A stretch of 64,000 nucleotides of DNA, taken from contig CAZOYD010000001.1 of assembly GCA_964583985.1 (NCBI GenBank), forward strand, positions 35,532 to 99,531, read 5' to 3'. The DNA is from an uncultured archaeon (GTDB taxonomy: Archaea > Asgardarchaeota > Lokiarchaeia > Sigyniarchaeales > SOKP01). This document shows positions 9,714 to 18,677 of the stretch, piece after piece (the stretch's first letter is position 1; each line of letters starts with the position of its first letter). The notes below the pieces were generated by a model. That model worked only from the letters and a program-made list of their open reading frames with translations. It did no database searches and had not been told where the DNA came from. The translations under genes and the position numbers were made by a program.

Positions 9714-10397
9714 ATGAGTTCTTTATTTGAATGGTTTAAATCCCGTAATGAGGAAAGTGCCATAAATAAAATCCTTGTACACATGCAAAAGGTTTTAGAG
9801 TGTGTTGTTGAGTTTGAAAAGGCATTATCATATTTGATTGAGGAAAAAAATATTGATCTTGCCCTGAAGGTTCTTTTTCGAGTGACTGAATTAGAACATC
9901 AAGCGGATGGGATAAGAAGAAATATTCTTAATATGCTTTCAAAAGCAGAATTATCAACAAGAGTTCATGAAAACTTGAATAATTTAGCAAAAAGAATTGA
10001 TGATATTGCTAATTCAACAAATGATTCAGCAAGGATTTTAATATATATGGACCAAACAGCATTTCAAAAATTGGATAAGGAAATTCATCAAAAAATGCTC
10101 GAAATTGTAAGAATTTCTGTGACTGCTGTTAAAAAATTAAATCTTATGGTAAATAAGTTAATCTCCTCGGAGTATGTTGAAATTCAGAAATTGGGAGAAG
10201 AAGTAAATAGATTAGAACATCAATGTGATGAGTTACATTTTGCAATAAATAGATTATTAATATCTAATAATCCAATTGAAAATGCTTTTACTGCAATAGA
10301 AATCTATAATTGTATTAATGCCCTCGAAACTATAACAGATAATGCTGAAGATGTAGCTGACTACATTATCATGCTTACTGCTGCTAAACGAGGTTAA
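9714..10397 (+). CDS. DUF47 / PhoU-like phosphate transport regulator
   Basis: EHQADGIRR, DDIAN, EHQCD, ETITDNAEDVAD repeats; GGAGG upstream. Confidence 0.85.
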   Translation: MSSLFEWFKSRNEESAINKILVHMQKVLECVVEFEKALSYLIEEKNIDLALKVLFRVTELEHQADGIRRNILNMLSKAELSTRVHENLNNLAKRIDDIANSTNDSARILIYMDQTAFQKLDKEIHQKMLEIVRISVTAVKKLNLMVNKLISSEYVEIQKLGEEVNRLEHQCDELHFAINRLLISNNPIENAFTAIEIYNCINALETITDNAEDVADYIIMLTAAKRG

Positions 10398-10583
10398 AAT
10401 TTTATATTTTTTTTCTCTATCTTGAATTAAGTACCTTTAATTTAAAATTTTATAATTAAGATTAATTTTATTAATATCCAATTCAGATTTAAAATCCCAA
10501 AAAAAATTAGATACTTATATATTAATAATAAAAAACGACATTAATTTACTTAATATTATTTTTTATAGCTTAAAGATAAAAAA

Positions 10584-11258
10584 GTGAATATTATGATACA
10601 TGAATATGATGAAAAAGAACTGAATAAAAAGAGCATTGATGAATTAACTCGCCTATTCATGGATATTATTAATAAACAGAATTTCATTTTGATTGAAGGC
10701 ATTGAGAATCTTATTGACGAAAATTATGAACAATTTAAAAAGAAAATGAATTTTGTAATCGAAACCACACCTGAAATTCAAGTTAAGAAAGTGTTTGAAT
10801 CCAAGATTTTCACGTCAAAATTAATGTTTTCAAAAGCGGATCGCCTTAAATTATTCAATAAAATCAACGATATAAAAAATATTGCGGAATTTATAGCTAA
10901 CAGGATGCTTGTATATCGCATAATCTTTCCTGACAATGAATTTAAGTTACGAGTATCTCGTATTCTCGAATCATTAAAATTCATTTCAAATGACCTAACA
11001 ACTTCTGTAAATTTAGTAGGAACAGATTTGAATAAAGCCCATGATATTTGCGAGGAAATAAAAGAAGAAAGACGAACAATGCGCAAACTTGAATTTCAAC
11101 TAATTCAACGATTATATAATTATGATATGGATTATCTATCAAGAACTTTTCTTTATCTCAAAGATATGATCGAAGATATAATGATGTTAGCTGATCATAT
11201 TAAAACATTTTCAGAGTACATCCAATTTCTTGCTGTTAAATATTTAATATTTAAATAA
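10584..11258 (+). CDS. Divergent DUF47/PhoU-like helical protein
   Basis: Same size and two-repeat helical layout (DRLKL...NDI.NIAE; LADHI..FSEYI); immediately upstream of PiT. Confidence 0.6.
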   Translation: MNIMIHEYDEKELNKKSIDELTRLFMDIINKQNFILIEGIENLIDENYEQFKKKMNFVIETTPEIQVKKVFESKIFTSKLMFSKADRLKLFNKINDIKNIAEFIANRMLVYRIIFPDNEFKLRVSRILESLKFISNDLTTSVNLVGTDLNKAHDICEEIKEERRTMRKLEFQLIQRLYNYDMDYLSRTFLYLKDMIEDIMMLADHIKTFSEYIQFLAVKYLIFK

Positions 11259-11266
11259 ATATTTTC

Positions 11267-12310
11267 TTGGGGATAAAATTGGCAGATGAGATAGGTCAGA
11301 TTATAATTATTGTTTTAATCATTCTTGCTATAGGTTTGGCATTTTCTATAGGCGCGAATGATGAGACGTTATCTGCCTTAGTTGGAACGGGAGTATTAAA
11401 ATTTAGAGTAGCTTTGATTATTGGTGGATTAGCAATAGGAGGGGGGATGATCTTAACTAGTGGTGGATTTGTAGCAAAAACAGTGGGATCTGGCATTTTA
11501 GGAGAAGGTCTTGTTTATACTACTAGTATGCTCTTAACGGTACTAATTAGTAGTATTTTATGGTTGGTTATTGGTAGCTTTGCAGGAATTCCACTTAGCA
11601 GCACGCACTCATTAATTGGTAGCGTTGTTGGAGTTGTGATTACTTATTCGATCTTTCAAGGAGGTGTGGATCCTCAAACCGCTTTTAATTGGGAGGAACT
11701 AGGTAATGTTATAATTAGCTGGTTCATATCTCCGTTATCTGGACTATTAGTTACTTATGTAATTTTTAGAATTATTACAAAACTTTATCTTTCACATTTA
11801 AAGGGTTTAAATCAAATCGAGAAATCAGAACAATATTTCAAGTGGATTCTTCTCGTTGCGGTAATTTTTGCAGAAATATGGGTAGGAGCAAATTCAGGAG
11901 AAGCCTTAGGAATTCTATATGGCTTAGTAGCTAACGGTTCGATCAATTTTGAGCAATATTTTTTATTTGCTACATTTTGTGGAATTTTTGCATTTTTAGG
12001 AATTTATATTGCTGCTCGCTATGTAATAAAAAATTTAGCATCTCAAATGACTGATTCCCGTCCAAGTGAAGGATTGGTTATTCAAACGAGTTCCGCAATA
12101 ATACTCATGATTGCAACATTATTAAGCTTACCAATATCCCATAGCCATGTGATTGTATTTTGTATTATAGGAATAAATCTTGCTCAAAAGAAAGAGATAG
12201 ATACTAAAACACTTGGCAGAATGGCTATATATTGGGTTCTTACATTTCCAATTGCAGCGATTATGGCAGGAATATTATATTTTGGATTTATATCAAAAGG
12301 TTTTATTTAG
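11267..12310 (+). CDS. Inorganic phosphate transporter, PiT/PHO4 family
   Basis: GANDE, PLSSTHSLIG, LPISHSH, W.LTFP; multiple TM helices. Confidence 0.85.
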   Translation: MGIKLADEIGQIIIIVLIILAIGLAFSIGANDETLSALVGTGVLKFRVALIIGGLAIGGGMILTSGGFVAKTVGSGILGEGLVYTTSMLLTVLISSILWLVIGSFAGIPLSSTHSLIGSVVGVVITYSIFQGGVDPQTAFNWEELGNVIISWFISPLSGLLVTYVIFRIITKLYLSHLKGLNQIEKSEQYFKWILLVAVIFAEIWVGANSGEALGILYGLVANGSINFEQYFLFATFCGIFAFLGIYIAARYVIKNLASQMTDSRPSEGLVIQTSSAIILMIATLLSLPISHSHVIVFCIIGINLAQKKEIDTKTLGRMAIYWVLTFPIAAIMAGILYFGFISKGFI

Positions 12311-12380
12311 GAAAAATTTCAATGCATAACTTATAAAAAGATATGATTATAAAATTAAGATAGAAAGGACGTGAAAAAAA

Positions 12381-13064
12381 ATGGGTTCGCTAATTGAATT
12401 TTTAAAACGAGAAACAACTCTAAATGCCTTAGAAAAATCTATAAAACATGCTCAAAAAGTTCAAGAATGTGTTAAAGAATTGAATAATGGCTTAAAATTA
12501 TTATTGAAAGAAAAGGAACAGGAAAAATCTCACATAATTCTACAAAACGTAGATAACTTGGAAAAAGAAGCAGATATTCTTAGAAGAAAGATTCAACAAG
12601 ATGTATCTCGCGGAGAATTAAACCCTAGTGTAAGGCAAAATCTTTCTCATTTAGTTAAAAGAATGGATGATGTTGCAAATTGTTGTACCGGAGTTGCTCG
12701 TAGGATAGTAACTATTCCATTCACTTTTTGGGAACAAAGTAGTGACGAGACAATAAATATTATATTAGAAATAATGGATATCACCGTTGATTGCTCAGTA
12801 TTCTTAGATAAAATATTGATTGATCTTCTTAAAGATAGAGAACATATTATAGAATATACAAACCAAATTAATCAAAAAGAGCATACTGTTGATCTTCTCA
12901 ATATTAAGTTACGAAAAAGTCTTCAAGAAACAGATTATAAAGTAAATTTCTTCACAATCTTTACAGTAGGAAATGTATTTGATATATTAGAAGCAATATC
13001 AGATTCTATTGAAGGTGTAGCTGATTACATAATGGTGTTATTAACTAGTAGTTCCTCACTCTGA
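12381..13064 (+). CDS. DUF47 / PhoU-like phosphate transport regulator
   Basis: EKEADILRR, MDDVAN, EHTVD, EAISDSIEGVAD. Confidence 0.85.
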   Translation: MGSLIEFLKRETTLNALEKSIKHAQKVQECVKELNNGLKLLLKEKEQEKSHIILQNVDNLEKEADILRRKIQQDVSRGELNPSVRQNLSHLVKRMDDVANCCTGVARRIVTIPFTFWEQSSDETINIILEIMDITVDCSVFLDKILIDLLKDREHIIEYTNQINQKEHTVDLLNIKLRKSLQETDYKVNFFTIFTVGNVFDILEAISDSIEGVADYIMVLLTSSSSL

Positions 13065-13195
13065 AGTTGTCTTAATTTTATTAATTTACTTTGACTTATT
13101 TTATCAAATCAAGTTTATTACTATACCGCCAAAAAATAATTAATAGATTGGGTATTACTTTAATTATTGAAATTATTTTATTTTAATTTGAAATT

Positions 13196-14554
13196 ATGGT
13201 TCATAAATTTGTAAATCCAATAGAAAATAGATACAGAACCGAAATTGCTTCAATTTTTATAGAAGAAAACAAATTAAAAAATTGGTTAAGAGTTGAAGCT
13301 ATTTTAGCAACTGTTAATGCTCAGTTAAACATAATTCCTTCAACAGTTGCAGAAGAGATTAATAGAAAGGCAAATTTGAACTACGTTAAACTTGAGAGAG
13401 TTAAAGAGATAGACGATGAAATTCATCATGATTTAATGGCGATGGTAAAAGCTTTAGCTGAGCAGTGTGAAGGAGATGCAGGAAAATACATTCATTTAGG
13501 GGCAACAAGTTATGACATTGAGGATACAGCCACTGCATTAATACTTCGAGAGGCTTTAACCTACATTAAAAAATCGTTAATTGAATTATTAAGTATATTA
13601 ATAAAGTTAAGTGAAGAAAAAAAAAAGTTAGTATGTATTGGAAGAACTCATGGTCAACATGCGATTCCTACTACTTATGGAATGAGATTTGGAATTTGGG
13701 CTTACGAAATAAGTAGACATCTTGATCGTTTAGAACAGATAATGGAACGAATTTCTTTTGGAAAAATGTCTGGAGCAGTGGGCACAATGGCAAGTTTTGG
13801 AGAAAATGGCATGGAATTACAAAAACGCGTAATGCACCTTCTAAATCTAAACGCTGTACTGATTGCAAATCAAGTGATCCAAAGAGATCGTCATGCTGAA
13901 GTCATTATATTGACATCCTTAATTGGTCAATCAATAGCAAAAATAGCTCGCCAATTTCGTATCCTTCAGAGAACTGAAATTGCTGAAATGTTTGAACCAT
14001 TTACTAAAACTCAAGTAGGAAGTTCAACAATGCCGCATAAAAGAAACCCTCATAAATCAGAACGGATCTGCAGTATTGCAAGAATGTTAAAATCCAATGT
14101 TATACCTGCTTTAGACAATATACTTTTAGAAGATGAGAGGGATCTTACTAATTCAGCTAATGAACGAATAATTTTTGCTGAAAACTTCATACTAGTAGAC
14201 TATATTATTCAGCAGATGATTTCTATTCTGCAAGGAGTTGAATTTGACGAATTTAAAATTGAAAATAATTTAAATCTTACTAAAGGAGCTTGTTTAAGTG
14301 AAAAAGTTATGTTGGAACTAGTGAATCGAGGAATTGGAAGACAAGAAGGTCATGAAATACTCAGAAAAGCAGCCATTGAAGCTAAAAAGGAAAATTTATT
14401 CATAGAAGATATTCTAAATAAGAATTCTAAAATAAAAGAAAAATTATCTGAAAAAGAACTGAAAGATTTATTAGATCCACATCAATATATCGGATTAGCA
14501 GAAACTCAAGTTGATCATTTATTAAAATTCTTACGAAAAAAATATGAGATATAA
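13196..14554 (+). CDS. purB: Adenylosuccinate lyase
   Basis: HLGATS.DI.DTA, GRTHGQHA, signature SSTMPHKRNP. Confidence 0.95.
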   Translation: MVHKFVNPIENRYRTEIASIFIEENKLKNWLRVEAILATVNAQLNIIPSTVAEEINRKANLNYVKLERVKEIDDEIHHDLMAMVKALAEQCEGDAGKYIHLGATSYDIEDTATALILREALTYIKKSLIELLSILIKLSEEKKKLVCIGRTHGQHAIPTTYGMRFGIWAYEISRHLDRLEQIMERISFGKMSGAVGTMASFGENGMELQKRVMHLLNLNAVLIANQVIQRDRHAEVIILTSLIGQSIAKIARQFRILQRTEIAEMFEPFTKTQVGSSTMPHKRNPHKSERICSIARMLKSNVIPALDNILLEDERDLTNSANERIIFAENFILVDYIIQQMISILQGVEFDEFKIENNLNLTKGACLSEKVMLELVNRGIGRQEGHEILRKAAIEAKKENLFIEDILNKNSKIKEKLSEKELKDLLDPHQYIGLAETQVDHLLKFLRKKYEI

Positions 14555-15737
14555 TATGTCAGATGAAAATAATATATATTCTCAATTAGGAGTTTCTTCT
14601 AAAAAACAGGATGTCTATAAAGCATTAGAAAATATCAATAAAGGGTTATTTCCAGGTGCTTTTTGTAAGATCGTGGAAGATGTGAGAATGAGGGCCAAAT
14701 ATTGTTCAATATTTCATTCTGATGGAGCTGGCACTAAAAGCAATTTGGCATACATGTATTATAAAGAAACAAATGACATTTCTGTATTTCGAGGTATTGT
14801 TAGAGATGCTATGGTAATGAATATAGATGATATGTTATGCGTAGGAGCAACAGGTAATTATTTCTTATCAAATAATATTGGTAGAAATACTCATTATATC
14901 TCAGGTGAAATTATTGCTAATATTATTGATGAATATCAATCCTACAGTAATAAATTATCAAAACTCGGTTTAAACGTGACCTTATGTGGAGGCGAAACTG
15001 CTGATGTTGGGGATATTATAAAGACTTTATTAGTAGATGCATCAATGTTTACAACAATAAAACGAAAACATGTTATCGATGCATCAAATATTCAAGTTGG
15101 AGATGTAATAATAGGTTTAGCTAGCGATGGAAAGACAATATATGAGGATGAATATAATAGTGGTATAGGAAGCAATGGACTAACACTTGCTCGTCATGGT
15201 GTACTCGCTCACGATTACTACGATAAATATCCCGAATGCTTTGATAAAGAAACTGATGAGAAATTGTTATTTTATGGAAGATATTTATTGACTGATAAGC
15301 TTCCAGGATTAAAATTAAATATTGGAAAATCTCTCCTATCACCAACCAGAACTTATGCTCCTGTACTAATTGAGATTTTGCGTAATTTTAGAAATGATAT
15401 TCATGGTATCATACATAATACAGGAGGAGGACAAACAAAGGTTCTAAAATTTGGAAGAGAATTAAAATTCATAAAAAATAATCTATTTAAAACGCCCAAA
15501 ATATTCGAAATAATTCAAAATTCCTCTGAAACTCCATGGCGGGAGATGTATCAAGTGTTTAATATGGGTAATCGATTAGAAATCTACTGTAGTGAATCAA
15601 ATGCAAATAAGATTATGGAGAGCTGCAGAAAATTTTCAATTGAAACAAAGATTATTGGATTTATCGAAAAATCCCCTCATATAAAAAAAAATGTTGTTGA
15701 AATTAAATCAGAATTTGGTTCTTTTGAATATATTTAG
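14544..15737 (+). CDS. purM: Phosphoribosylformylglycinamidine cyclo-ligase (AIR synthase)
   Basis: DGAGTKS, MNIDD, GGETADVGD, SNGLTLARH, LSPTRTY, EMYQVFNMG; follows purB; start may be ATG 14556. Confidence 0.9.
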   Translation: MRYNMSDENNIYSQLGVSSKKQDVYKALENINKGLFPGAFCKIVEDVRMRAKYCSIFHSDGAGTKSNLAYMYYKETNDISVFRGIVRDAMVMNIDDMLCVGATGNYFLSNNIGRNTHYISGEIIANIIDEYQSYSNKLSKLGLNVTLCGGETADVGDIIKTLLVDASMFTTIKRKHVIDASNIQVGDVIIGLASDGKTIYEDEYNSGIGSNGLTLARHGVLAHDYYDKYPECFDKETDEKLLFYGRYLLTDKLPGLKLNIGKSLLSPTRTYAPVLIEILRNFRNDIHGIIHNTGGGQTKVLKFGRELKFIKNNLFKTPKIFEIIQNSSETPWREMYQVFNMGNRLEIYCSESNANKIMESCRKFSIETKIIGFIEKSPHIKKNVVEIKSEFGSFEYI

Positions 15738-15837
15738 TTGATATTTGTTAATTAAATATTATTGATCATGAAACGATAAGATTTAAACTATTAATTATAT
15801 TATAGTTTCTAAATTAATTTTCTTAGGTATTTCCCAT

Positions 15838-16890
15838 ATGGCAAGGAAACAAAGTTCAATAAAAATAATGATTATGCAGAGAATATACTTCTTACTAGAG
15901 ACCATCTTCATTTTTTTTGGTCTCTTTATTACTTCAATCGTGCTAATTTCATTAGAAATATTTGAAACTGATGGAGTAATTTATGGGATCTTATTTTATC
16001 TAATAAGAGCTATGACAGTGATAGTAGCTGTGACTTTGTTTATGTATGTTTCAAACTTTACCTTATATAAGAAAAGACATGAGATTATTATAGAGAGAGA
16101 TATTAGCCCTTCCAGAAGTTTTTTAAATTTATTTAGCATAAAAAGATCAAATTTTAAGTATCAATTATTGTATGGAATTTTGATTTTATTTTTGGTTTTT
16201 GTTCCAATTGATTTTTTAACGTATTTATTTGTACCAGAAATGCTCACATATTCCGCTGAAGCCTTAACTTCAGACATTTCAAATATGTATTTTTTGGAAC
16301 CATATCTTATATTTTTAGGCTCAGTAATAATCATACAATTTTCAGTGGCTTTTTATGAAGAATCACTCACAAGGGGATTCTTAACAAATAGGGGGAGTGA
16401 TTATGTTCCTAAAATGTCAGCGGTTGTTATATCTTCCTTTTATTTTGGGATGGGACATTTTGCCTATATATTAAATCCTTACGGTCCTCAATATCCTATA
16501 TTTTTTCCTTTTTTATGGTTAACTGAAGCATTTTTCATTGGAATTATCCTTTCATTGACTGTTTTAAGACGAAGGTGGATTTTTCCCGCTATATTTGCAC
16601 ATGGAATGAATAATATTATATCTGCTCATGCCATTTGGAATTATCTTCAAGGAAATGATTTTATGATATTAGCATTGTTTTTATATCTTCCATTAATGAT
16701 TATCGGTGTTGTCTTATTATTATTGGAATTTCCTCTTATAAAAGAAAGCTTTTCAATAGGAATAAAAGATTTAAAATTATATTTCAAAAATGATGTTCAA
16801 ATTAAAGAACCTACAGATTATAAAATTATTAGAATAATGCTCGACTTTTTGTTTGGATTTCTTATTTTTGTTTTGGGATTTGTTTTTTAG
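15838..16890 (+). CDS. CPBP (Abi/CAAX) intramembrane glutamic metalloprotease
   Basis: EExxxR (EESLTRG), FxxxH (FGMGH) and HxxxN (HGMNN) within TM segments. Confidence 0.85.
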   Translation: MARKQSSIKIMIMQRIYFLLETIFIFFGLFITSIVLISLEIFETDGVIYGILFYLIRAMTVIVAVTLFMYVSNFTLYKKRHEIIIERDISPSRSFLNLFSIKRSNFKYQLLYGILILFLVFVPIDFLTYLFVPEMLTYSAEALTSDISNMYFLEPYLIFLGSVIIIQFSVAFYEESLTRGFLTNRGSDYVPKMSAVVISSFYFGMGHFAYILNPYGPQYPIFFPFLWLTEAFFIGIILSLTVLRRRWIFPAIFAHGMNNIISAHAIWNYLQGNDFMILALFLYLPLMIIGVVLLLLEFPLIKESFSIGIKDLKLYFKNDVQIKEPTDYKIIRIMLDFLFGFLIFVLGFVF

Positions 16891-16905
16891 TAATGGTGCG
16901 ATAGT

Positions 16906-17436
16906 ATGGTAAAGTTTGGAATAATTTCAGATACCCATATTACTGAAAATGATGATGTAAACAATATAAACTCGTTATTATCTGAGTTAAAAAGGGTCTT
17001 CAAAGATGTTGATCAAATTATTCATGCCGGGGATGTTTGTAGTAATAATTTTCTAAAAGCTTTAAATACAATAGCTCCAACGATATTAGTCAAAGGTCAT
17101 AACGATAATATAAAAGATCTAAAAGAATTCGTAAAATTTAACGTAGGAAGATATAATATAGGTGTCATTCATGAACAACCAAATAATTTGGAAGATTTTG
17201 TTAAAAGAAATGAAATTCACATATTGATAATTGGTCATTCCCATCAACCATTTATAAAGGGAACCATATACAAAACATTACTTATAAATCCCGGTAGTCC
17301 AACATATCCTAAAGCACCACCTCAAAAAAGAGGGTTTGATAAACCAATTGCTAGACCTAGCGTGGTAACCATGTCTATTGATGAAAATGATATCTTATCA
17401 ACTTATATCATAAATTTAAAGTTTGATAGAATATGA
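16906..17436 (+). CDS. YfcE/MJ0936/Vps29-like metallophosphoesterase
   Basis: ISDTH, HAGD, GHND, GHSH, NPGS. Confidence 0.9.
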   Translation: MVKFGIISDTHITENDDVNNINSLLSELKRVFKDVDQIIHAGDVCSNNFLKALNTIAPTILVKGHNDNIKDLKEFVKFNVGRYNIGVIHEQPNNLEDFVKRNEIHILIIGHSHQPFIKGTIYKTLLINPGSPTYPKAPPQKRGFDKPIARPSVVTMSIDENDILSTYIINLKFDRI

Positions 17437-17536
17437 TTCTAATTGTATAAAATAAGAAATCAGTTAATGTTAAATATAGTAAAGAGCTTATAATTTACAT
17501 ATTTACGAATCTATTTAACGAGTGTGAAAATTTGAA

Positions 17537-17935
17537 ATGGTTGGCAAACTTGAAATGATTCTCAAAGAACTCAATGATAATGGTAATTTTCGAGCATCTC
17601 TTTTTTCTACTTCCACAGGATTGGTTTTAGCTTCACAAAAGGTAGATGAAGTAGATGAAAAAGTAATAGCGGCAATGGGATCCTTACTGAGCGATGCCGC
17701 GTATAAAGCATCTGAAGAATTAAGTTTATCTCTATTAGCAAGTTTGAAGATCAAGTATGTTGATGATTTTATTATTTGCAGAAATATTATTATGAAAGAT
17801 GATAAAACTCAGTTTTTATTAGCAGTACTCTCTAAACCACCGGATTCAGATGATATCGAAAGATATTATGAACAATTGCTTGATTGGGCTGTACAAAACA
17901 GTTTTCACGATTTAGAGAAACTATCAACTATATAA
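17537..17935 (+). CDS. Roadblock/LC7 domain protein
   Basis: S.....GLVLAS...DE..IAAM..LL..A......L pattern typical of MglB/LAMTOR-like roadblocks; 132 aa. Confidence 0.75.
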   Translation: MVGKLEMILKELNDNGNFRASLFSTSTGLVLASQKVDEVDEKVIAAMGSLLSDAAYKASEELSLSLLASLKIKYVDDFIICRNIIMKDDKTQFLLAVLSKPPDSDDIERYYEQLLDWAVQNSFHDLEKLSTI

Positions 17936-17970
17936 ATTGGAATTTACTCATTTTACATTTTTATTGTCAT

Positions 17971-18637
17971 TTAGATGGTTTGAATCTTTTTTATAAATCG
18001 TACTAAATCCTCTGCTAAAATTCCTTCTAAACCCCGATAGAAATGATCAGCTCCCTCGATTATGATTTTTTCTTTTGGTTTAAGATACTTTTTATAATGA
18101 GATAAGAAATTGTCATATCGTGCAATAGAATCTTGATCCCCTTGAATAAATAATTTAAACTTATCAGTTTGAGAGAAATCTCCAAAATTTTTTCCCATAA
18201 AATCCCATGGAAACGAGATCGCACAGAATCCAATAATTGATTCCGAAAAATTAACAGCTGAACATCCGATTGTAGCTCCATAAGAGTATCCGCATATTAG
18301 TATTTTTCGATTTTCCTTTTTTTGGAGAAACTTGATGCAACTATGAACATCAGATAATTCTCCAATTCCACCAGAATAATGTCCAGTTGATCCTTCTACT
18401 CCTCTAAAATTGAAACGTAAACAGGAGATATTATTCTTAATTAAATGATCAAAAATACTAGAAATGACATTATTATGCATAGATCCACCGAATTTTCCCT
18501 TTCTTTGGAATGTCCAAAAGAAATTGAGGATGAGGGTGGCATAATAAAACAGATATTTCGCTAGTTTCATTATTTGATTCAAAAATCTCCGCCTCTAAAG
18601 AGACTTCATTAGTTCGAATCATAAGTTTACTTTGCAT
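17971..18637 (-). CDS. Alpha/beta-fold hydrolase (CocE/NonD-like), split by a candidate intron: join(18637..18525, 18493..17971), 211 aa
   Basis: Exon 1 MQSKLMIRTNEVSLEAEIF...VLLCHPHP; exon 2 (Q)FGGSMHNNVI, RFNFRGV..STG, nucleophile GYSYG, GDQD, GADHF. The ORF-track N-terminus (start 18582) is out of frame with the real N-terminus. Confidence 0.85.
18494..18524 (-). other. Candidate 31-nt BHB-type mRNA intron
   Basis: RNA AUUUCUUUUGGACAUUCCAAAGAAAGGGAAA; central helix UCCU/GGGA, bulges CAA and AAA, intron stem UUUC(U)UUUGGA/UCCAAAGAAA; removal gives CAU CCU CAA UUC GGU GGA = HPQFGG. Confidence 0.7.
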
Positions 18638-18677
18638 AATTTTAATTAGATTTGATAATATAATAATTATACTAAAT

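Noticed and set aside
17305-17360. Small hairpin (CCTC/GAGG) in the Pro-rich insertion of the metallophosphoesterase, considered as a second BHB intron
   Set aside because: It needs a 4-nt bulge and a weak helix, has no exon stem, and the frame is intact
18493-18582. ORF-track N-terminus MNQIMKLAKYLFYYATLILNFFWTFQRKGK for the hydrolase
   Set aside because: It reads through the insert in the wrong frame and lacks the LEA...CHPHP strand, which is encoded in the neighbouring frame from ATG 18637
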